Origin: Bacteroidales bacterium
GTDB lineage: Bacteria; Bacteroidota; Bacteroidia; Bacteroidales; PUMT01
Length of the DNA: 64,000 bases
NCBI GenBank assembly: GCA_007135095.1
Contig: SLJO01000037.1
Location: 3,438 to 67,437, forward strand
Direction of reading: 5' to 3'
Part shown: positions 49,591 through 60,471 of the stretch, piece by piece
How the letters are laid out: each line of letters begins with the position of its first letter
Position numbering within the stretch: the first letter of the stretch is position 1
Notes under the pieces: generated by a model
Told to the model about the DNA's origin: nothing
Database searches by the model: none
The model's input: only the letters and a program-made list of their open reading frames with translations
Translations under genes and position numbers: made by a program

Positions 49591-50541
49591 ATGCAAAGGA
49601 GAAAATTCATTAAAAGGACTCTGGCCGGGGGTGGCCTTGCGAGCCTTTCTTTTGGCTCCATCTGGTCATCAGCAAGCCTGTTCAGCGACAAAGCCCTGCC
49701 CAAAAGGGTGCTCGGGAGGTCGGGAGAAAAGATTTCCATCCTGGGATTCGGTGGGATCATGCTGCGCAATGAATCGCGGAAAGCATGCAATGACATCATT
49801 GCCAGTGCATGGGATGCCGGAATAGATTATTACGATGTAGCTCCTTCCTATGGGAATTCAGAAGAAATGATGGGTCCGGCACTCGAGCCTTATCGTAAAC
49901 GCTGTTTCCTATCGTGCAAAAGCGGACAAAGAGAACGAACTGGCGTTGAAAAAGAGATGCAGGAATCTTTCGCCAAACTGCATACCGATTATTTTGATCT
50001 TTACCAGCTTCATGGCCTCACGAGCATTGATGATGTTGAAAGGTCATTCGCCTCAGGCGGGGCAATGGAGGCCATAGTTAAGGCAAAAAAGGACGGGAAA
50101 GTGAGACTGATTGGCTTTTCAGCCCACTCCGAGGAAGCAGCCCTGCTTGCCCTGGATTACTATGATTTCGATACAGTGATGTTCCCGATAAATTTTGCCT
50201 GCTGGCACAGCGGTAATTTTGGCCCGCGCGTCTATGACAGGGCAGTGGAAAGGAACCTTGGCATCCTGGTGCTTAAATCACTGGCAGAGCGCGGACTCAG
50301 GCAGGGAGAGGAAAGGTCCTTCCCGAATGTATGGTATAAACCCGTTATGGAAGACCATCTTTTCGACCAGGCCCTTGCATTTTCGCTGTCCCGCAAGGTC
50401 ACTTCAGTAATACCTCCGGGAAATGCCAGCCTGTTTCTGAAGGCACTCGACAGGGTACATCATTACCGGCCACTTTCAGCAGGCGAGGAGAAATCCCTGA
50501 AAAAAAGGGCAATGCAAATAGAACCCCTTTTTACTACTTGA
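49591..50541 (+). CDS. Aldo/keto reductase with a Tat-type signal peptide
   Basis: 'MQRRKFIKRTLAGGGLASL' followed by 'GIDYYDVAPSYG' and 'DLYQLHG'. Confidence 0.8.
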   Translation: MQRRKFIKRTLAGGGLASLSFGSIWSSASLFSDKALPKRVLGRSGEKISILGFGGIMLRNESRKACNDIIASAWDAGIDYYDVAPSYGNSEEMMGPALEPYRKRCFLSCKSGQRERTGVEKEMQESFAKLHTDYFDLYQLHGLTSIDDVERSFASGGAMEAIVKAKKDGKVRLIGFSAHSEEAALLALDYYDFDTVMFPINFACWHSGNFGPRVYDRAVERNLGILVLKSLAERGLRQGEERSFPNVWYKPVMEDHLFDQALAFSLSRKVTSVIPPGNASLFLKALDRVHHYRPLSAGEEKSLKKRAMQIEPLFTT

Positions 50542-50571
50542 CTTTGCACCCGGTAGCGTGAAGAGTAAGAC

Positions 50572-53397
50572 CTATGATGAGGGACTGCTAACCTGATCAA
50601 CAAGATAGACGATTGATTTATGGGTTATCCCCGTATGCCAGCTTAGTCCGATCTCGCATGTACGGCTGTTTGAATAGCCCTGCCTGACCACCTCAGGAAT
50701 TTGAGGTTTCAGATTACGTAACCCGTGTTTATTGAGCTCGGGCCGGGAAAACCCCCGGTCTCCTGCAAATCCGCAGCAATTGGCATCGGGCACGATAACT
50801 TTTGCAGCACACTTTTGAGCAAGATTGACCAGTTCCGCTTCCAGGCCCATTTTTTTCATGCTGCAAACAGGAAATACAGTAATAGTTTCGTTTACCGGGG
50901 CAATGACAAGATGGGGCAAGAGGCGGGAGTTAATAAATTCTACAGGCTCGAAGAGTTCCAGGGCCGGACCCATATTTTCCTTCATGGTAAACAGGCACGG
51001 ACTCATATCGCAGAGAACAGGATACTTGCCTTCGCATGAGGCTTCCAAAAGTGCGGTTTCCAGTTCACGTGATTTTTTATTTCCGGCTTCGGTATACCCT
51101 TTACTTGAAAAGGCCATGCCGCAGCAAAGATTATCAAGGTTTTTGGGGAAAATCACATCATATCCCCCCTTCTGCAATAACCTGACCATTATTTGCGACA
51201 ATTGCACCTCTTCCTTATAATCTTTTGAAACTCCCATAGAACGGTTTATGCACGAGGGGAGATATACTACTTTGCGGAGGCTGTCTGTATGCACTGTATT
51301 GCGATGTTTAATTCCGGCCGCTCCTGACGGCATATAAGGATTCCAAAGAGGAATTCTTTTGCCCGAAACTTTATGCAATCCCCCGGAAACTGCCTGCATA
51401 ATTCCTGTGCCGAGTATGGTATGAAAAAAACCAACTGTTGATAAAGCCCTGCGTGCCGACGATGTGACGCGCTCCATATTATCAGCAACCCAAAGTGCTT
51501 TCCTGTTGCCGGCATTGTTATGTTCAGACCTGATCTTTTTTATCAGTTTCCCTGTATCTATTTTAACCGGACAGCTGACTGCGCATAAACCATCGGTGGC
51601 ACATGTTGCATTGCCGGCATAACCGAAGGATTTTGCCAGCGATGCTGCAATATGGGGTTCCTGTCCGCTTTTCCCCAGTGCCGCCATCTCCCTGTAAACC
51701 ACAATACGTTGCCTGGGTGTTAGGGTGAGCTCAGAAGAAACGCAGGACACCTCGCAAAACCCGCAATCCATGCACTTATCGACAATTTCATCGGCGGCCG
51801 GAATTGGTTTCAGATTTTTGAGGTGAATTTCCGGGTCGTTGTTGAGAATTACGCCCGGATTTAGCAGGTTCTCCGGATCGAATACCTGCTTGATATCCTT
51901 CATGAGTTTATAAGCTTCCTGACCCCATTCCATTTCCACAAAAGGCGCCATATTCCGGCCTGTTCCATGTTCAGCCTTAAGCGAACCATCATATTTGTTA
52001 ACCACCAGATCGGCAATCTCAGACATGAGGCTTCCATATCTTTTGATTTCCTGCGGAGTACTGAAATCCTGGGCGAACACGAAATGCAGATTCCCCTCCA
52101 GGGCATGACCAAAAATGACAGCCTCGTCATAATGGTATTTTTTCAGTAATTCCTGGAGGTCAAGGGTCGCCCTGGCCAGCTGAGGGACAGGAAATGCTAC
52201 ATCTTCAATAATTACGGTTGTTCCGGTTTGACGTATTGCTCCGACAGAAGGAAAAAGACCCTTCCGGATTTTCCAGAGCACCATATATTCCAGGGGAATA
52301 TCTGTGAATTGCACAGGAATCTCGGTTGGTATCGTACTGATGGATTCTGATATAACCTGTGTTTGCTTATATAATGCTTCCTTCTGACCGGCAGTGGTTT
52401 CCACCAGGAGTGCACATGCATTTGGCTGCAGCCCTTTGAGAAAGCCGGGCATGCCGGCCTCATTTTCAACCGATCGTAATCCTGCCCTGTCAATCAGCTC
52501 CACTGCAGCAACCGGGGCGGATTTTAACAGGGAAACAGCCATGCATGCTTTTTCAATATCGGGAAATATCATTAAAGAGCTCGCCCTGAAAGGATGTTCA
52601 ACGACAGTATTATACCGTATCTCGGCTATGAAACCCAGGGTACCTTCTGAGCCGATCATAAGGTGTTCGATGATCTGAAACGGATCATCGAAGTCAACAA
52701 GGGCGTTCAGGCTGTAGCCAGTTGTATTCTTCATTTTGAACTTCTGCGTAATCCTTTCTGCAAGGGGAGCATTGTCCTTTACTGATGAAGCCAGACTGGC
52801 AATTCTGTCAATGAATTCAGGGTGTGAATGACGGAAAGCATCCCTTGCTGCCTGATCACCCGTGTCGAGCAAAGAACCATCGGCAAGAATGATCCGCATG
52901 CTGTCGAGCGTTTTATACGAGTTTTCCGCTGTGCCGCAGCACATTCCACTGGCATTATTGGCGGCAATCCCTCCGATCATCGCTGCATTAATAGAGGCCG
53001 GATCAGGACCTATTTTCCGCCCGTAATCTGATAATATCCTGTTTACATGGCCGCCAATCAACCCGGGCTGCAACCGGATCTTAAGACCATTGTCTTCAAT
53101 TCGAAAATTTTTCCAGCCCTCACCGGCAATGATCAGCACTGAATCGGAGATAGCCTGGCCTGAAAGGCTGGTCCCTGCAGCCCTGAAGGTGACAGGAAGT
53201 GATAGCCTGGAGGTTTCCCTTAAAATAAGTGAAACCTCACTTTCATCTTTTGCTTTAATTACTATTTTGGGTATAAGCCGGTAGAAACTGGCATCTGTGC
53301 CAAAAGCCAGGGTATAAAGCGGATCGTGGAATATCCGGTTTTTATCGATCGTTGATGTTAACTTTCGATACAGATTAAGGTAGGCTCCGGTAAGCAT
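50572..53397 (-). CDS. Fused FAD-binding oxidase / 4Fe-4S / CCG-domain 2-hydroxyacid (D-lactate-like) dehydrogenase
   Basis: N-terminal FAD_binding_4 pattern, 'CMDCGFCEVSC' and 'CATDGLCAVSCP' clusters, and two 'CCG' motifs. Confidence 0.8.
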   Translation of the reverse strand: MLTGAYLNLYRKLTSTIDKNRIFHDPLYTLAFGTDASFYRLIPKIVIKAKDESEVSLILRETSRLSLPVTFRAAGTSLSGQAISDSVLIIAGEGWKNFRIEDNGLKIRLQPGLIGGHVNRILSDYGRKIGPDPASINAAMIGGIAANNASGMCCGTAENSYKTLDSMRIILADGSLLDTGDQAARDAFRHSHPEFIDRIASLASSVKDNAPLAERITQKFKMKNTTGYSLNALVDFDDPFQIIEHLMIGSEGTLGFIAEIRYNTVVEHPFRASSLMIFPDIEKACMAVSLLKSAPVAAVELIDRAGLRSVENEAGMPGFLKGLQPNACALLVETTAGQKEALYKQTQVISESISTIPTEIPVQFTDIPLEYMVLWKIRKGLFPSVGAIRQTGTTVIIEDVAFPVPQLARATLDLQELLKKYHYDEAVIFGHALEGNLHFVFAQDFSTPQEIKRYGSLMSEIADLVVNKYDGSLKAEHGTGRNMAPFVEMEWGQEAYKLMKDIKQVFDPENLLNPGVILNNDPEIHLKNLKPIPAADEIVDKCMDCGFCEVSCVSSELTLTPRQRIVVYREMAALGKSGQEPHIAASLAKSFGYAGNATCATDGLCAVSCPVKIDTGKLIKKIRSEHNNAGNRKALWVADNMERVTSSARRALSTVGFFHTILGTGIMQAVSGGLHKVSGKRIPLWNPYMPSGAAGIKHRNTVHTDSLRKVVYLPSCINRSMGVSKDYKEEVQLSQIMVRLLQKGGYDVIFPKNLDNLCCGMAFSSKGYTEAGNKKSRELETALLEASCEGKYPVLCDMSPCLFTMKENMGPALELFEPVEFINSRLLPHLVIAPVNETITVFPVCSMKKMGLEAELVNLAQKCAAKVIVPDANCCGFAGDRGFSRPELNKHGLRNLKPQIPEVVRQGYSNSRTCEIGLSWHTGITHKSIVYLVDQVSSPSS

Positions 53398-53461
53398 TAT
53401 AATAATTTTAGCAAAAAAATATTTATAAAGTTAACTCTTCATCGCTGGTAAAAAAAACCAA

Positions 53462-55153
53462 TCACCACAATTCTGGCACAAAAACAAAGGCAAGCATCAT
53501 ACCCGCTATGCCTGCCATCAGGCATATAATTGCCAGCGGTATCAGGTTCCGTTTTATTAAATGACCCTCAACACCCGTAAGACCTACTGTTGCGCAGGCA
53601 GCGATGATGTTGTGCACGCCAATCATATTGCCTGCTGCACCACCCAGGTTCTGAAGGCTCACGACTATTATGCGGGAAATACCGAGCTGGTCGGCAATGG
53701 AAAACTGGAATAATGAGAACAGCATGTTCGATACCGTGTTTGAACCAGACATAAACGATCCCAATGCCCCTATCACGGGGGCTACCATCGGCCATGCTCC
53801 CTGAAAGAGATTCGCCATATATTGAGCCATAGCAATAGGCATGCTTATTATCTGATCGGGGTTATTGCCTGACTGCATCATAAGCCTTACCATGGGAACC
53901 GCAAACATCAAGGCAATAAACGGGCCTTTCATCCTTCTCAATGCTTCTGCCCATGCTACCCCAACCTGCCTCCTGTTCATTCCGAAAAGAGGAACACATA
54001 TGAGGGCGACCAGCATAAAAGGCATTATACCTGGTATGTTCAACGGGTCAAAGTCTGTTGAAATGGTGGTACCGAATAAATTATCGGCCTGAAATTTAAC
54101 AGATCTTATCCATTCATTAATTGGCAGGAACCTGACCCTGGATATAACAAGTAAAATGCCGATCAAAGCATAGGGCACCCAGGCCTTAAGTACTGAAAGA
54201 TTCTCTTTCTCAGTGTCTTTGGTAATTGTTATGGTGCCGGTCCATGATTTTTCCCATTTGCTTTTTTCGGCAAAATTCCAGTTTTTTTTGGGAGTAAGAA
54301 ATCCTGCCCTTGTGGCCGGAACAAGTATCAATAACCCCGTTAGTCCACCCAGGATACTGGGAAATTCCGGACCGAGAAACACTGCAACTAAAAAATACGG
54401 AACGACAAAGCACAAACCGGCAAAAATGGCATACGGCCAGATGGCAAGACCTTCTTTTATACTTCTGTTTTCCCCAAAAAACCGGGTCAGCATTGCAACC
54501 ATGATCAGCGGAAGAAAAATTCCGGGTATCAGATGCTGCAAGGCAGTCCAGATTCCTACCTGGTGTATGAACTGGCTGTAGGTCATGCCCTGCTGGGCCA
54601 GTGCAGTGATAATTTCATGGGTATTAAGAGAAGTGCCAACTCCAATCAACGTGGAAGTCCCCACCGCACCGAAGGATACAGCTGTGCTGTTTGCAATCAG
54701 CGCCACCATGACAGCAGCCAGTGCCGGAAAACCCAGTGACAACAGCAATGGGGCTGCGAGAGCTGCAGGAGTGCCGAAGCCCGCTGAACCTTCAATAAAA
54801 CTGCCGAACAGCCATGCTATTATTATGGCCTGAACCCTCCGGTCGGGCGATATGTTGGTAAATCCCCTGTTAATGGCCGACAGTGCCCCGCATTCGCGCA
54901 GTGTAAACAGGAAGGCCAGTGCACCGAATACAATTATAAGAATTTTGAATGCAATAACAACACCATTTACTGTTGCCGCAGATATCCAGTTCAGAGGCGT
55001 ATTCCATACAAACCAGACAAGAAAGAGGGCAATGGCAAATGCAGCGGGCATGGCATTTTTCGCTGGCCAGCGAAAACCAACCATCAGTATGAATACAGCT
55101 GCGATGGGCATTACAGCCAGTAAAGCCAGTAGTCCTTCCGACATCACTACCAT
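53462..55153 (-). CDS. lctP: Lactate permease (LctP) family transporter
   Basis: 563-aa polytopic protein. '[16 protein letters not shown]' is the characteristic LctP motif. Confidence 0.85.
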   Translation of the reverse strand: MVVMSEGLLALLAVMPIAAVFILMVGFRWPAKNAMPAAFAIALFLVWFVWNTPLNWISAATVNGVVIAFKILIIVFGALAFLFTLRECGALSAINRGFTNISPDRRVQAIIIAWLFGSFIEGSAGFGTPAALAAPLLLSLGFPALAAVMVALIANSTAVSFGAVGTSTLIGVGTSLNTHEIITALAQQGMTYSQFIHQVGIWTALQHLIPGIFLPLIMVAMLTRFFGENRSIKEGLAIWPYAIFAGLCFVVPYFLVAVFLGPEFPSILGGLTGLLILVPATRAGFLTPKKNWNFAEKSKWEKSWTGTITITKDTEKENLSVLKAWVPYALIGILLVISRVRFLPINEWIRSVKFQADNLFGTTISTDFDPLNIPGIMPFMLVALICVPLFGMNRRQVGVAWAEALRRMKGPFIALMFAVPMVRLMMQSGNNPDQIISMPIAMAQYMANLFQGAWPMVAPVIGALGSFMSGSNTVSNMLFSLFQFSIADQLGISRIIVVSLQNLGGAAGNMIGVHNIIAACATVGLTGVEGHLIKRNLIPLAIICLMAGIAGMMLAFVFVPELW

Positions 55154-56811
55154 GAATGCGGGTTCCGGCGACCATGACTTGGAAGATCTATTCGGGTCCT
55201 GGTAGCCGTGTGGACAGATTTTTTAGCGGTGAACCTTGCCGTAAGGTATTGTCCCAGATAAAGTGTCCCGGTTATTGTGTTATCCTTTAACGTGCCCGAG
55301 AAGATAAACAGGATCTGATTTCCCGGGACCCTGAAGTTGCTTCGCATTTTGATCTGACTGCCTTCAATCGTGCCTGCCAGGTCCTGTTTTGAATAAGTGC
55401 CGACATGAAAACCTTCCAGCCAGTTGCCATCCTGGTTTTCTATGCATATTTTATGTTCTGCATTGCCATTATTATACTCAACAGCCACATCCCAGAAACC
55501 TGTAATATCGCCGGCGGGGCGTTCCATTGTATCGGACTTCCTGCTGTGTTTCTGACTGAGAATATTGTATATCCTGTCTCCTACAATTTTATCTTCCCCC
55601 GGCTTCATTACATATGTATTAATGCTTATAGATGTTGTGCCGGAATCATGATCACTCCGGGCTCCAATGGCTATCCTTGGTTTGTTTTTGGCAAAATCCT
55701 CGGCTACCTCTTCGCCTGTAATGTTAAGAACGTCAGGATCCCAGGTAATCGTCATTGAAGCCGTACGGTTATTTAACCCTCTTGGCTCGCGTATATCGAT
55801 ATTGATGCTTCTGATATCTTTAATACGGTTTGATATGTTGTTCAGCCAGGACATCCATGTCTTTTCAATTGCGTCATGATCACGTTTTACCCATGCCTCG
55901 ATGGCAGCCAGCATTCCTATGAATTCCATCCTGTCCACCTTATTGTCACGGCCGGGTCCCTGCTGGGGAGAACTTGCCTGCCATGCTGAAAGAAGTATGT
56001 TTTTATCGCCAAGTGAAATACCTGCACTCTGTGGTCCGCGCAGTATTTTTCCCCCGCTGTATGTAACGATTGTTGCTCCTTTTTCCAGGTGCACGTTGGG
56101 GATGGTAAGTATTTCGGCCGCGGCATCAACTAAGATTGGTACGTTTGCCGGCTTTGCAATTTTTGCAATATTTTCGAGTGAAAGGGGACCGGAAAAAAAT
56201 GACTGGGGGCCCGTGTAAAGAAAAATCATTGCCGTGCGCGGACTTATTGCATTTTCCAGTTCTTCGGGTGTATCTACTGTAATTATGTTGACCCCTACGT
56301 TACGAACAGCATGGTCGTATATTATGCGTGAATACCTGGGAAAAATAACATCAGTCTTTTCAAACCCGGTTAGATCGGGCACCCTTATTAGTTTTTCCGG
56401 GTCTCCACCGGTCACACATGCTGTAGTGATATGTTTTAGTCCGGCAGCAGCCCCTGCCGAAACAAATCCCCACTCTGCTCCGGTCAGTTCACCTAGCCGC
56501 TTCCCAACCGCCATTGCCAGTTCATCCATTTGCACAAAATGGGGATAAGCATATTCCATTGCCTTCATTACCTCGGGCAGTTTAATGGATCCTCCTATAA
56601 CGGTGAGGGTTGCCCTGCAATTGATGACCGGCTCAACGCCGATGGACTGGTAGATGTCCGGACCAATTGAGAGGGCTCCTGCAGAGTATCCTTTTTGAGC
56701 TTCCTCAATATCCATCAGGCTGAAAGGATCAGCAAACAGAGATTCTGAAGCCATAACACTTCCTGCAAACGGTATTGCAGACAAACTTTTAATCATTTGC
56801 CTTCGTTTCAT
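55147..56811 (-). CDS. SelA/DgaE-like PLP-dependent enzyme with a Tat-like signal and a C-terminal beta-rich extension
   Basis: '[18 protein letters not shown]' at the N-terminus. '[14 protein letters not shown]' is the SelA-family PLP-lysine region. There are ~140 extra C-terminal residues. Confidence 0.6.
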   Translation of the reverse strand: MKRRQMIKSLSAIPFAGSVMASESLFADPFSLMDIEEAQKGYSAGALSIGPDIYQSIGVEPVINCRATLTVIGGSIKLPEVMKAMEYAYPHFVQMDELAMAVGKRLGELTGAEWGFVSAGAAAGLKHITTACVTGGDPEKLIRVPDLTGFEKTDVIFPRYSRIIYDHAVRNVGVNIITVDTPEELENAISPRTAMIFLYTGPQSFFSGPLSLENIAKIAKPANVPILVDAAAEILTIPNVHLEKGATIVTYSGGKILRGPQSAGISLGDKNILLSAWQASSPQQGPGRDNKVDRMEFIGMLAAIEAWVKRDHDAIEKTWMSWLNNISNRIKDIRSINIDIREPRGLNNRTASMTITWDPDVLNITGEEVAEDFAKNKPRIAIGARSDHDSGTTSISINTYVMKPGEDKIVGDRIYNILSQKHSRKSDTMERPAGDITGFWDVAVEYNNGNAEHKICIENQDGNWLEGFHVGTYSKQDLAGTIEGSQIKMRSNFRVPGNQILFIFSGTLKDNTITGTLYLGQYLTARFTAKKSVHTATRTRIDLPSHGRRNPHSW

Positions 56812-56921
56812 GATTTTGATTTTTTAAGTAAGTATCCAGAATGAAAATGTAGCGAACCATTATCACGGCACCAGATGCCGGACAGGCAAACAGTGTTTTT
56901 GGATAACATCCATTAATTTGC

Positions 56922-58187
56922 CTACCTTGATACCGGAAATGGCAGTAAAGGCTCTGACAGGCCGTTAAGATCATAAGCCACCCTGCCGGCTTTAATTGTC
57001 ACTTCGCATTCAAACCTCGTGTCACCCTTAATTTTCCTGAAACGCGGATCAAAAAAGCCAAATTCCCCCTTTCGTATCCTCAAAACAGTCAAATCACCTT
57101 CGGCCCCTGCCGAGAGGTGCCCCAGTTCTTCCCGGTTGATTACCTGCGCAGGCTTCCAGGTTACTGCCTCAATAACATCATTTAAATCCATCCCCAATGC
57201 AATAAATGAGCCCATCACATTCAGGATGTCCTTCATGGCGGTATTCATACTGCCTCCATGCAGATCAGTACTGATCACATCGGGATAAAATCCCGCCTCG
57301 ATAGCAGGAATGGCGTGGTCATAAAAGAAACTTGCACCTCCGAACCCTACCTCCCAAATGATACCCCTTTTTTGTGCATCCTTAACAAAAGGCCGGAGCC
57401 TGCCGGTCTCAGGATCAATTATAGATTCTCTTCCCTGTCCCCCTCCTCCATAGGTATGTGAATAGATGTCCCCGGGTCTGAGTTTGTCCATTACAAGCTC
57501 TTCAAGTGAAAAACCCATCGATCCAAAGTCAATCATTACCGGAATATTGCCCGCCATACTACTTGCCTCTATTGCCCGGTCTATAGGTGTCCATTCAGGG
57601 TAAGCATAATGTGCAACCTTAATGCCTACAATATGATCCCTGTACCTCCTGGCTACAATTGCAGTTTGCCTTGCATCCATATCACCCAGATTTTGAGCCC
57701 ATGCACCTCCGCGCATCCCCTCACCCAGAATATGAAGAAAAGCCAGTACTCTGGTTTGTGCCCGGTCAATGGTCTGCTCCTTAAAGGTTGGAAATGATTT
57801 CCAGCCCGCACTTCCTGTATCAACTACTGTAGTAACGCCTGTGCGGAAGGTAAAACCATCAGGGGGCAATGCATAAAAGCTGTTTCTCAGATAATTGCCC
57901 GGTTCAGTGCCGAAAAAATTATGGGTATGCATATCAATAATTCCGGGTATCACGTAATGACCGGATGCATTGACAACCTGAACGGCCTGACCGGAATCGA
58001 TATTCTTTGCAACAAGGGCAATTTTTCCGTCCTTTATGCCAACATCCATTGTTTCATCAATCTGATTTTTAGGATCAATAACATGTCCGCCTTTTACTAT
58101 TATGTCATACGACTGGGCTAATGAAACCGAAATATTAAGCAGGGGAATAAGGAAAATTAAAAGCAAAAATCTTTTCATCATTTTCAT
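56922..58187 (-). CDS. Exported amidohydrolase-superfamily metallohydrolase
   Basis: Signal peptide. 'GIIDMHTHNF' is the HxH metal motif and the N-terminal beta-sandwich has 'DIIVKGGHVIDP'. Confidence 0.8.
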   Translation of the reverse strand: MKMMKRFLLLIFLIPLLNISVSLAQSYDIIVKGGHVIDPKNQIDETMDVGIKDGKIALVAKNIDSGQAVQVVNASGHYVIPGIIDMHTHNFFGTEPGNYLRNSFYALPPDGFTFRTGVTTVVDTGSAGWKSFPTFKEQTIDRAQTRVLAFLHILGEGMRGGAWAQNLGDMDARQTAIVARRYRDHIVGIKVAHYAYPEWTPIDRAIEASSMAGNIPVMIDFGSMGFSLEELVMDKLRPGDIYSHTYGGGGQGRESIIDPETGRLRPFVKDAQKRGIIWEVGFGGASFFYDHAIPAIEAGFYPDVISTDLHGGSMNTAMKDILNVMGSFIALGMDLNDVIEAVTWKPAQVINREELGHLSAGAEGDLTVLRIRKGEFGFFDPRFRKIKGDTRFECEVTIKAGRVAYDLNGLSEPLLPFPVSR

Positions 58188-58365
58188 ATTATAGTGAAAC
58201 TAAACGTTAATTATCCGCAATAAAGTAAAGCAAAATATTGTAAAATGACAAGTCGCCGGAAAAAGTCGCGGGAAGCCTGAAAGCGCCTTGTAATATGACT
58301 GAGGCGCAGGTCGTGTATAAGTGCCTCAATGCAATCCTTTTTACCGGGTCAGGCAGTGAAATCGT

Positions 58366-58781
58366 TCATATCTCTATACCCAGGCAGGGAGCGTCAAGCG
58401 GCACATTGGCAAATCCTCCTGTTACCATAGGCTGTTTACCGGTCATTGGCACCATATCATTCCACCAGGGCGTGTCGACATCGGGTGCTACAGGCACAGG
58501 AAATTTTGAGTGGCGGCGGCACAATGCACGTTTGCCATTAAAGCAATGGGTGTGCCGGCCTGATGCATAGCCATTGTTATACCAGCCTGTTCAGCATAGT
58601 CGCCGATCCTCTTTGTTTCCAGGAGTCCGCCGGAGGTTACCAGGTCAGGATGCACAATATCAACCGCCCGCTGACAATAAGCTCCCTGAACCCGTCCAGG
58701 GCATATATATCCTCCCCTGTCATGGTGGGGGTTTCAATAGCCTAATCGAGGCCCTTCTCGGTAACCTGGACCTGTGTAGTT
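58366..58781 (-). pseudogene. Enolase-superfamily (mandelate racemase / sugar-acid dehydratase-like) gene remnant, C-terminal ~140 codons
   Basis: Minus-strand conceptual translation gives 'TMTGEDIYALDGFRELIVSG', a frameshift, 'AVDIVHPDLVTSGGLLETKRIGDYAEQAGITMAMHQAGTPIALMANVHCAAATQNFLCL', a TAG plus a frameshift, then 'PDVDTPWWNDMVPMTGKQPMVTGGFANVPLDAPCLGIEI*'. A further in-frame TAG lies upstream. The N-terminal two-thirds are missing. Confidence 0.7.
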
Positions 58782-59516
58782 TTATAGTTCCCTTACCCAG
58801 ATATTCCGGAAGCTGACAAGGTCGCCATGATCCTGCAGCCGGATTGGCAATTTGTCTTCATGTTTGGTATATGTGGGCAGTCCTATGTATTGCGTCGAAC
58901 CCCAGATTTCAACGTTATTCTGCACCAGCACGCCGTTATGGATCACTGTAACCCTGGCCGGATGGGTTACCCTGCCCTGCTGATTGAATCTTGGTGCTGT
59001 AAAAATAATGTCATAGGTCTGCCATTCGCCGGGCTTTCTGCAGGCATTTACAAGCGGAATTGCCTGTTTGTAAACCGATGCTGCCTGGCCATTCGGATAA
59101 GTGGGGTTATCATAAGAATCAAGTACCTGGACTTCATACCTGTTCATAAAAAACACGCCGCTGTTGCCACGGCCCTGCCCGTCGCCCTTGACAACTTCCG
59201 GGGCTCGCCATTCAAGGTGGAGCTGTATATCGCCAAATCCCTGCTTTGTCCGGATATCTCCCGTGCCGGGTTCAACTGTCACCGCTCCGTTTTCTATTTT
59301 CCATGGTGCTGACTCACCATTGGGTTTTTCCCATTCTGTCAGGCTGGTTCCGTCAAAGAGAATTATGGCATCAGACGGTGGCGCGGTGCCTGCCCCGGGG
59401 GTGACAACAGGAGGTACAGGTTCATGTACCTCGGTTACTTCGGGTATACTTTGGGCTTCCATAGTCATAGTAAATAAGAATAAGATGGCTGTTAGTAAAA
59501 TTGATTTCTTTTTCAT
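58782..59516 (-). CDS. DUF1080 (3-keto-disaccharide hydrolase-like) secreted protein
   Basis: Signal peptide, '[10 protein letters not shown]', '[11 protein letters not shown]', '[18 protein letters not shown]' and '[10 protein letters not shown]'. Confidence 0.75.
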   Translation of the reverse strand: MKKKSILLTAILFLFTMTMEAQSIPEVTEVHEPVPPVVTPGAGTAPPSDAIILFDGTSLTEWEKPNGESAPWKIENGAVTVEPGTGDIRTKQGFGDIQLHLEWRAPEVVKGDGQGRGNSGVFFMNRYEVQVLDSYDNPTYPNGQAASVYKQAIPLVNACRKPGEWQTYDIIFTAPRFNQQGRVTHPARVTVIHNGVLVQNNVEIWGSTQYIGLPTYTKHEDKLPIRLQDHGDLVSFRNIWVREL

Positions 59517-59748
59517 ATTAAAAGGTATTTAAAGTTAATAGTTTTTTGCCGGTATTAAGGAAGGGAATTTATATATACAAAGAAATAAAAAAAATCCAAT
59601 CCTGAACCTTCCCGGGCAACAATATTGGCATAATGATTGATATTTTGTAACTTAAAGATTTGTACATTTATCGTAACTGACTGCGGATTGCCTGTGAAAA
59701 TATTTTCGATATCTTTACAAGTAAAATTCGTTAAATCAAAAATCCGAT

Positions 59749-60438
59749 ATGAAGGCTTTGCTGATATTTCTGCTTTTAGCATTGAATATGCATCCTGCAG
59801 TTGCCCAGAACTATGACAGGATGCGGGAGAATATGGTTCGGCGCCAGATACGGAACAGGGGAATTGACCATAAGCCCACGCTGGAGGCTATGCTAAGTGT
59901 TGAAAGGCACCTGTTTGTTCCTGCCGGTCAACAAGCCAGGGCTTACGATGACGGCCCCGTCCCTATAGGTTACGGGCAAACGATCTCCCAACCCTATATT
60001 GTAGCCTATATGACACAGCTTGCCGATCCGAAACCAGGCGACAGGGTGCTCGAAATAGGAGCCGGATCGGGCTACCAGGCAGCTGTTTTGGGAGAAATCG
60101 TCGAACAGGTATACACCATCGAAATCATTCCCGAACTTGCTGCCCGGGCCAGGGGCCTTTTGCGGGAGCTTGGCTACGACAACATTGAAGTACTGACGGG
60201 AGATGGTTATTACGGACTCGAAAAACATGCACCATATGATGCCATTGTGGTAACAGCTGCGGCTGAATATATCCCTCCTCCCCTTATCGCCCAGCTGAAA
60301 GACGGTGGTAAAATGATCATCCCGGTTGGCTCACCTTTCCTGGTTCAGACTCTTATGCTGATAGAAAAAAAGGGAGAACGGATAACCACGACCAATCTCA
60401 TGCCGGTACGGTTTGTTCCCTTCACAAGAAGGAACTGA
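59749..60438 (+). CDS. pcm: Protein-L-isoaspartate O-methyltransferase with an N-terminal signal-like segment
   Basis: 'GQTISQPYIVAYMT' and 'VLEIGAGSGYQAAVL' are Pcm motifs. The N-terminus is 'MKALLIFLLLALNMHPAVAQ'. Confidence 0.85.
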   Translation: MKALLIFLLLALNMHPAVAQNYDRMRENMVRRQIRNRGIDHKPTLEAMLSVERHLFVPAGQQARAYDDGPVPIGYGQTISQPYIVAYMTQLADPKPGDRVLEIGAGSGYQAAVLGEIVEQVYTIEIIPELAARARGLLRELGYDNIEVLTGDGYYGLEKHAPYDAIVVTAAAEYIPPPLIAQLKDGGKMIIPVGSPFLVQTLMLIEKKGERITTTNLMPVRFVPFTRRN

Positions 60439-60471
60439 TCCTTAACCGCAGCAGCCGAAAATTTTCATTAA

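Noticed and set aside
58295-58816. Three plus-strand ORFs (58295-58570, 58563-58745, 58574-58816) listed in the ORF track
   Set aside because: The opposite strand carries clear, though broken, enolase-superfamily similarity. The plus-strand translations show no motifs, so I treat them as shadows of the pseudogene.
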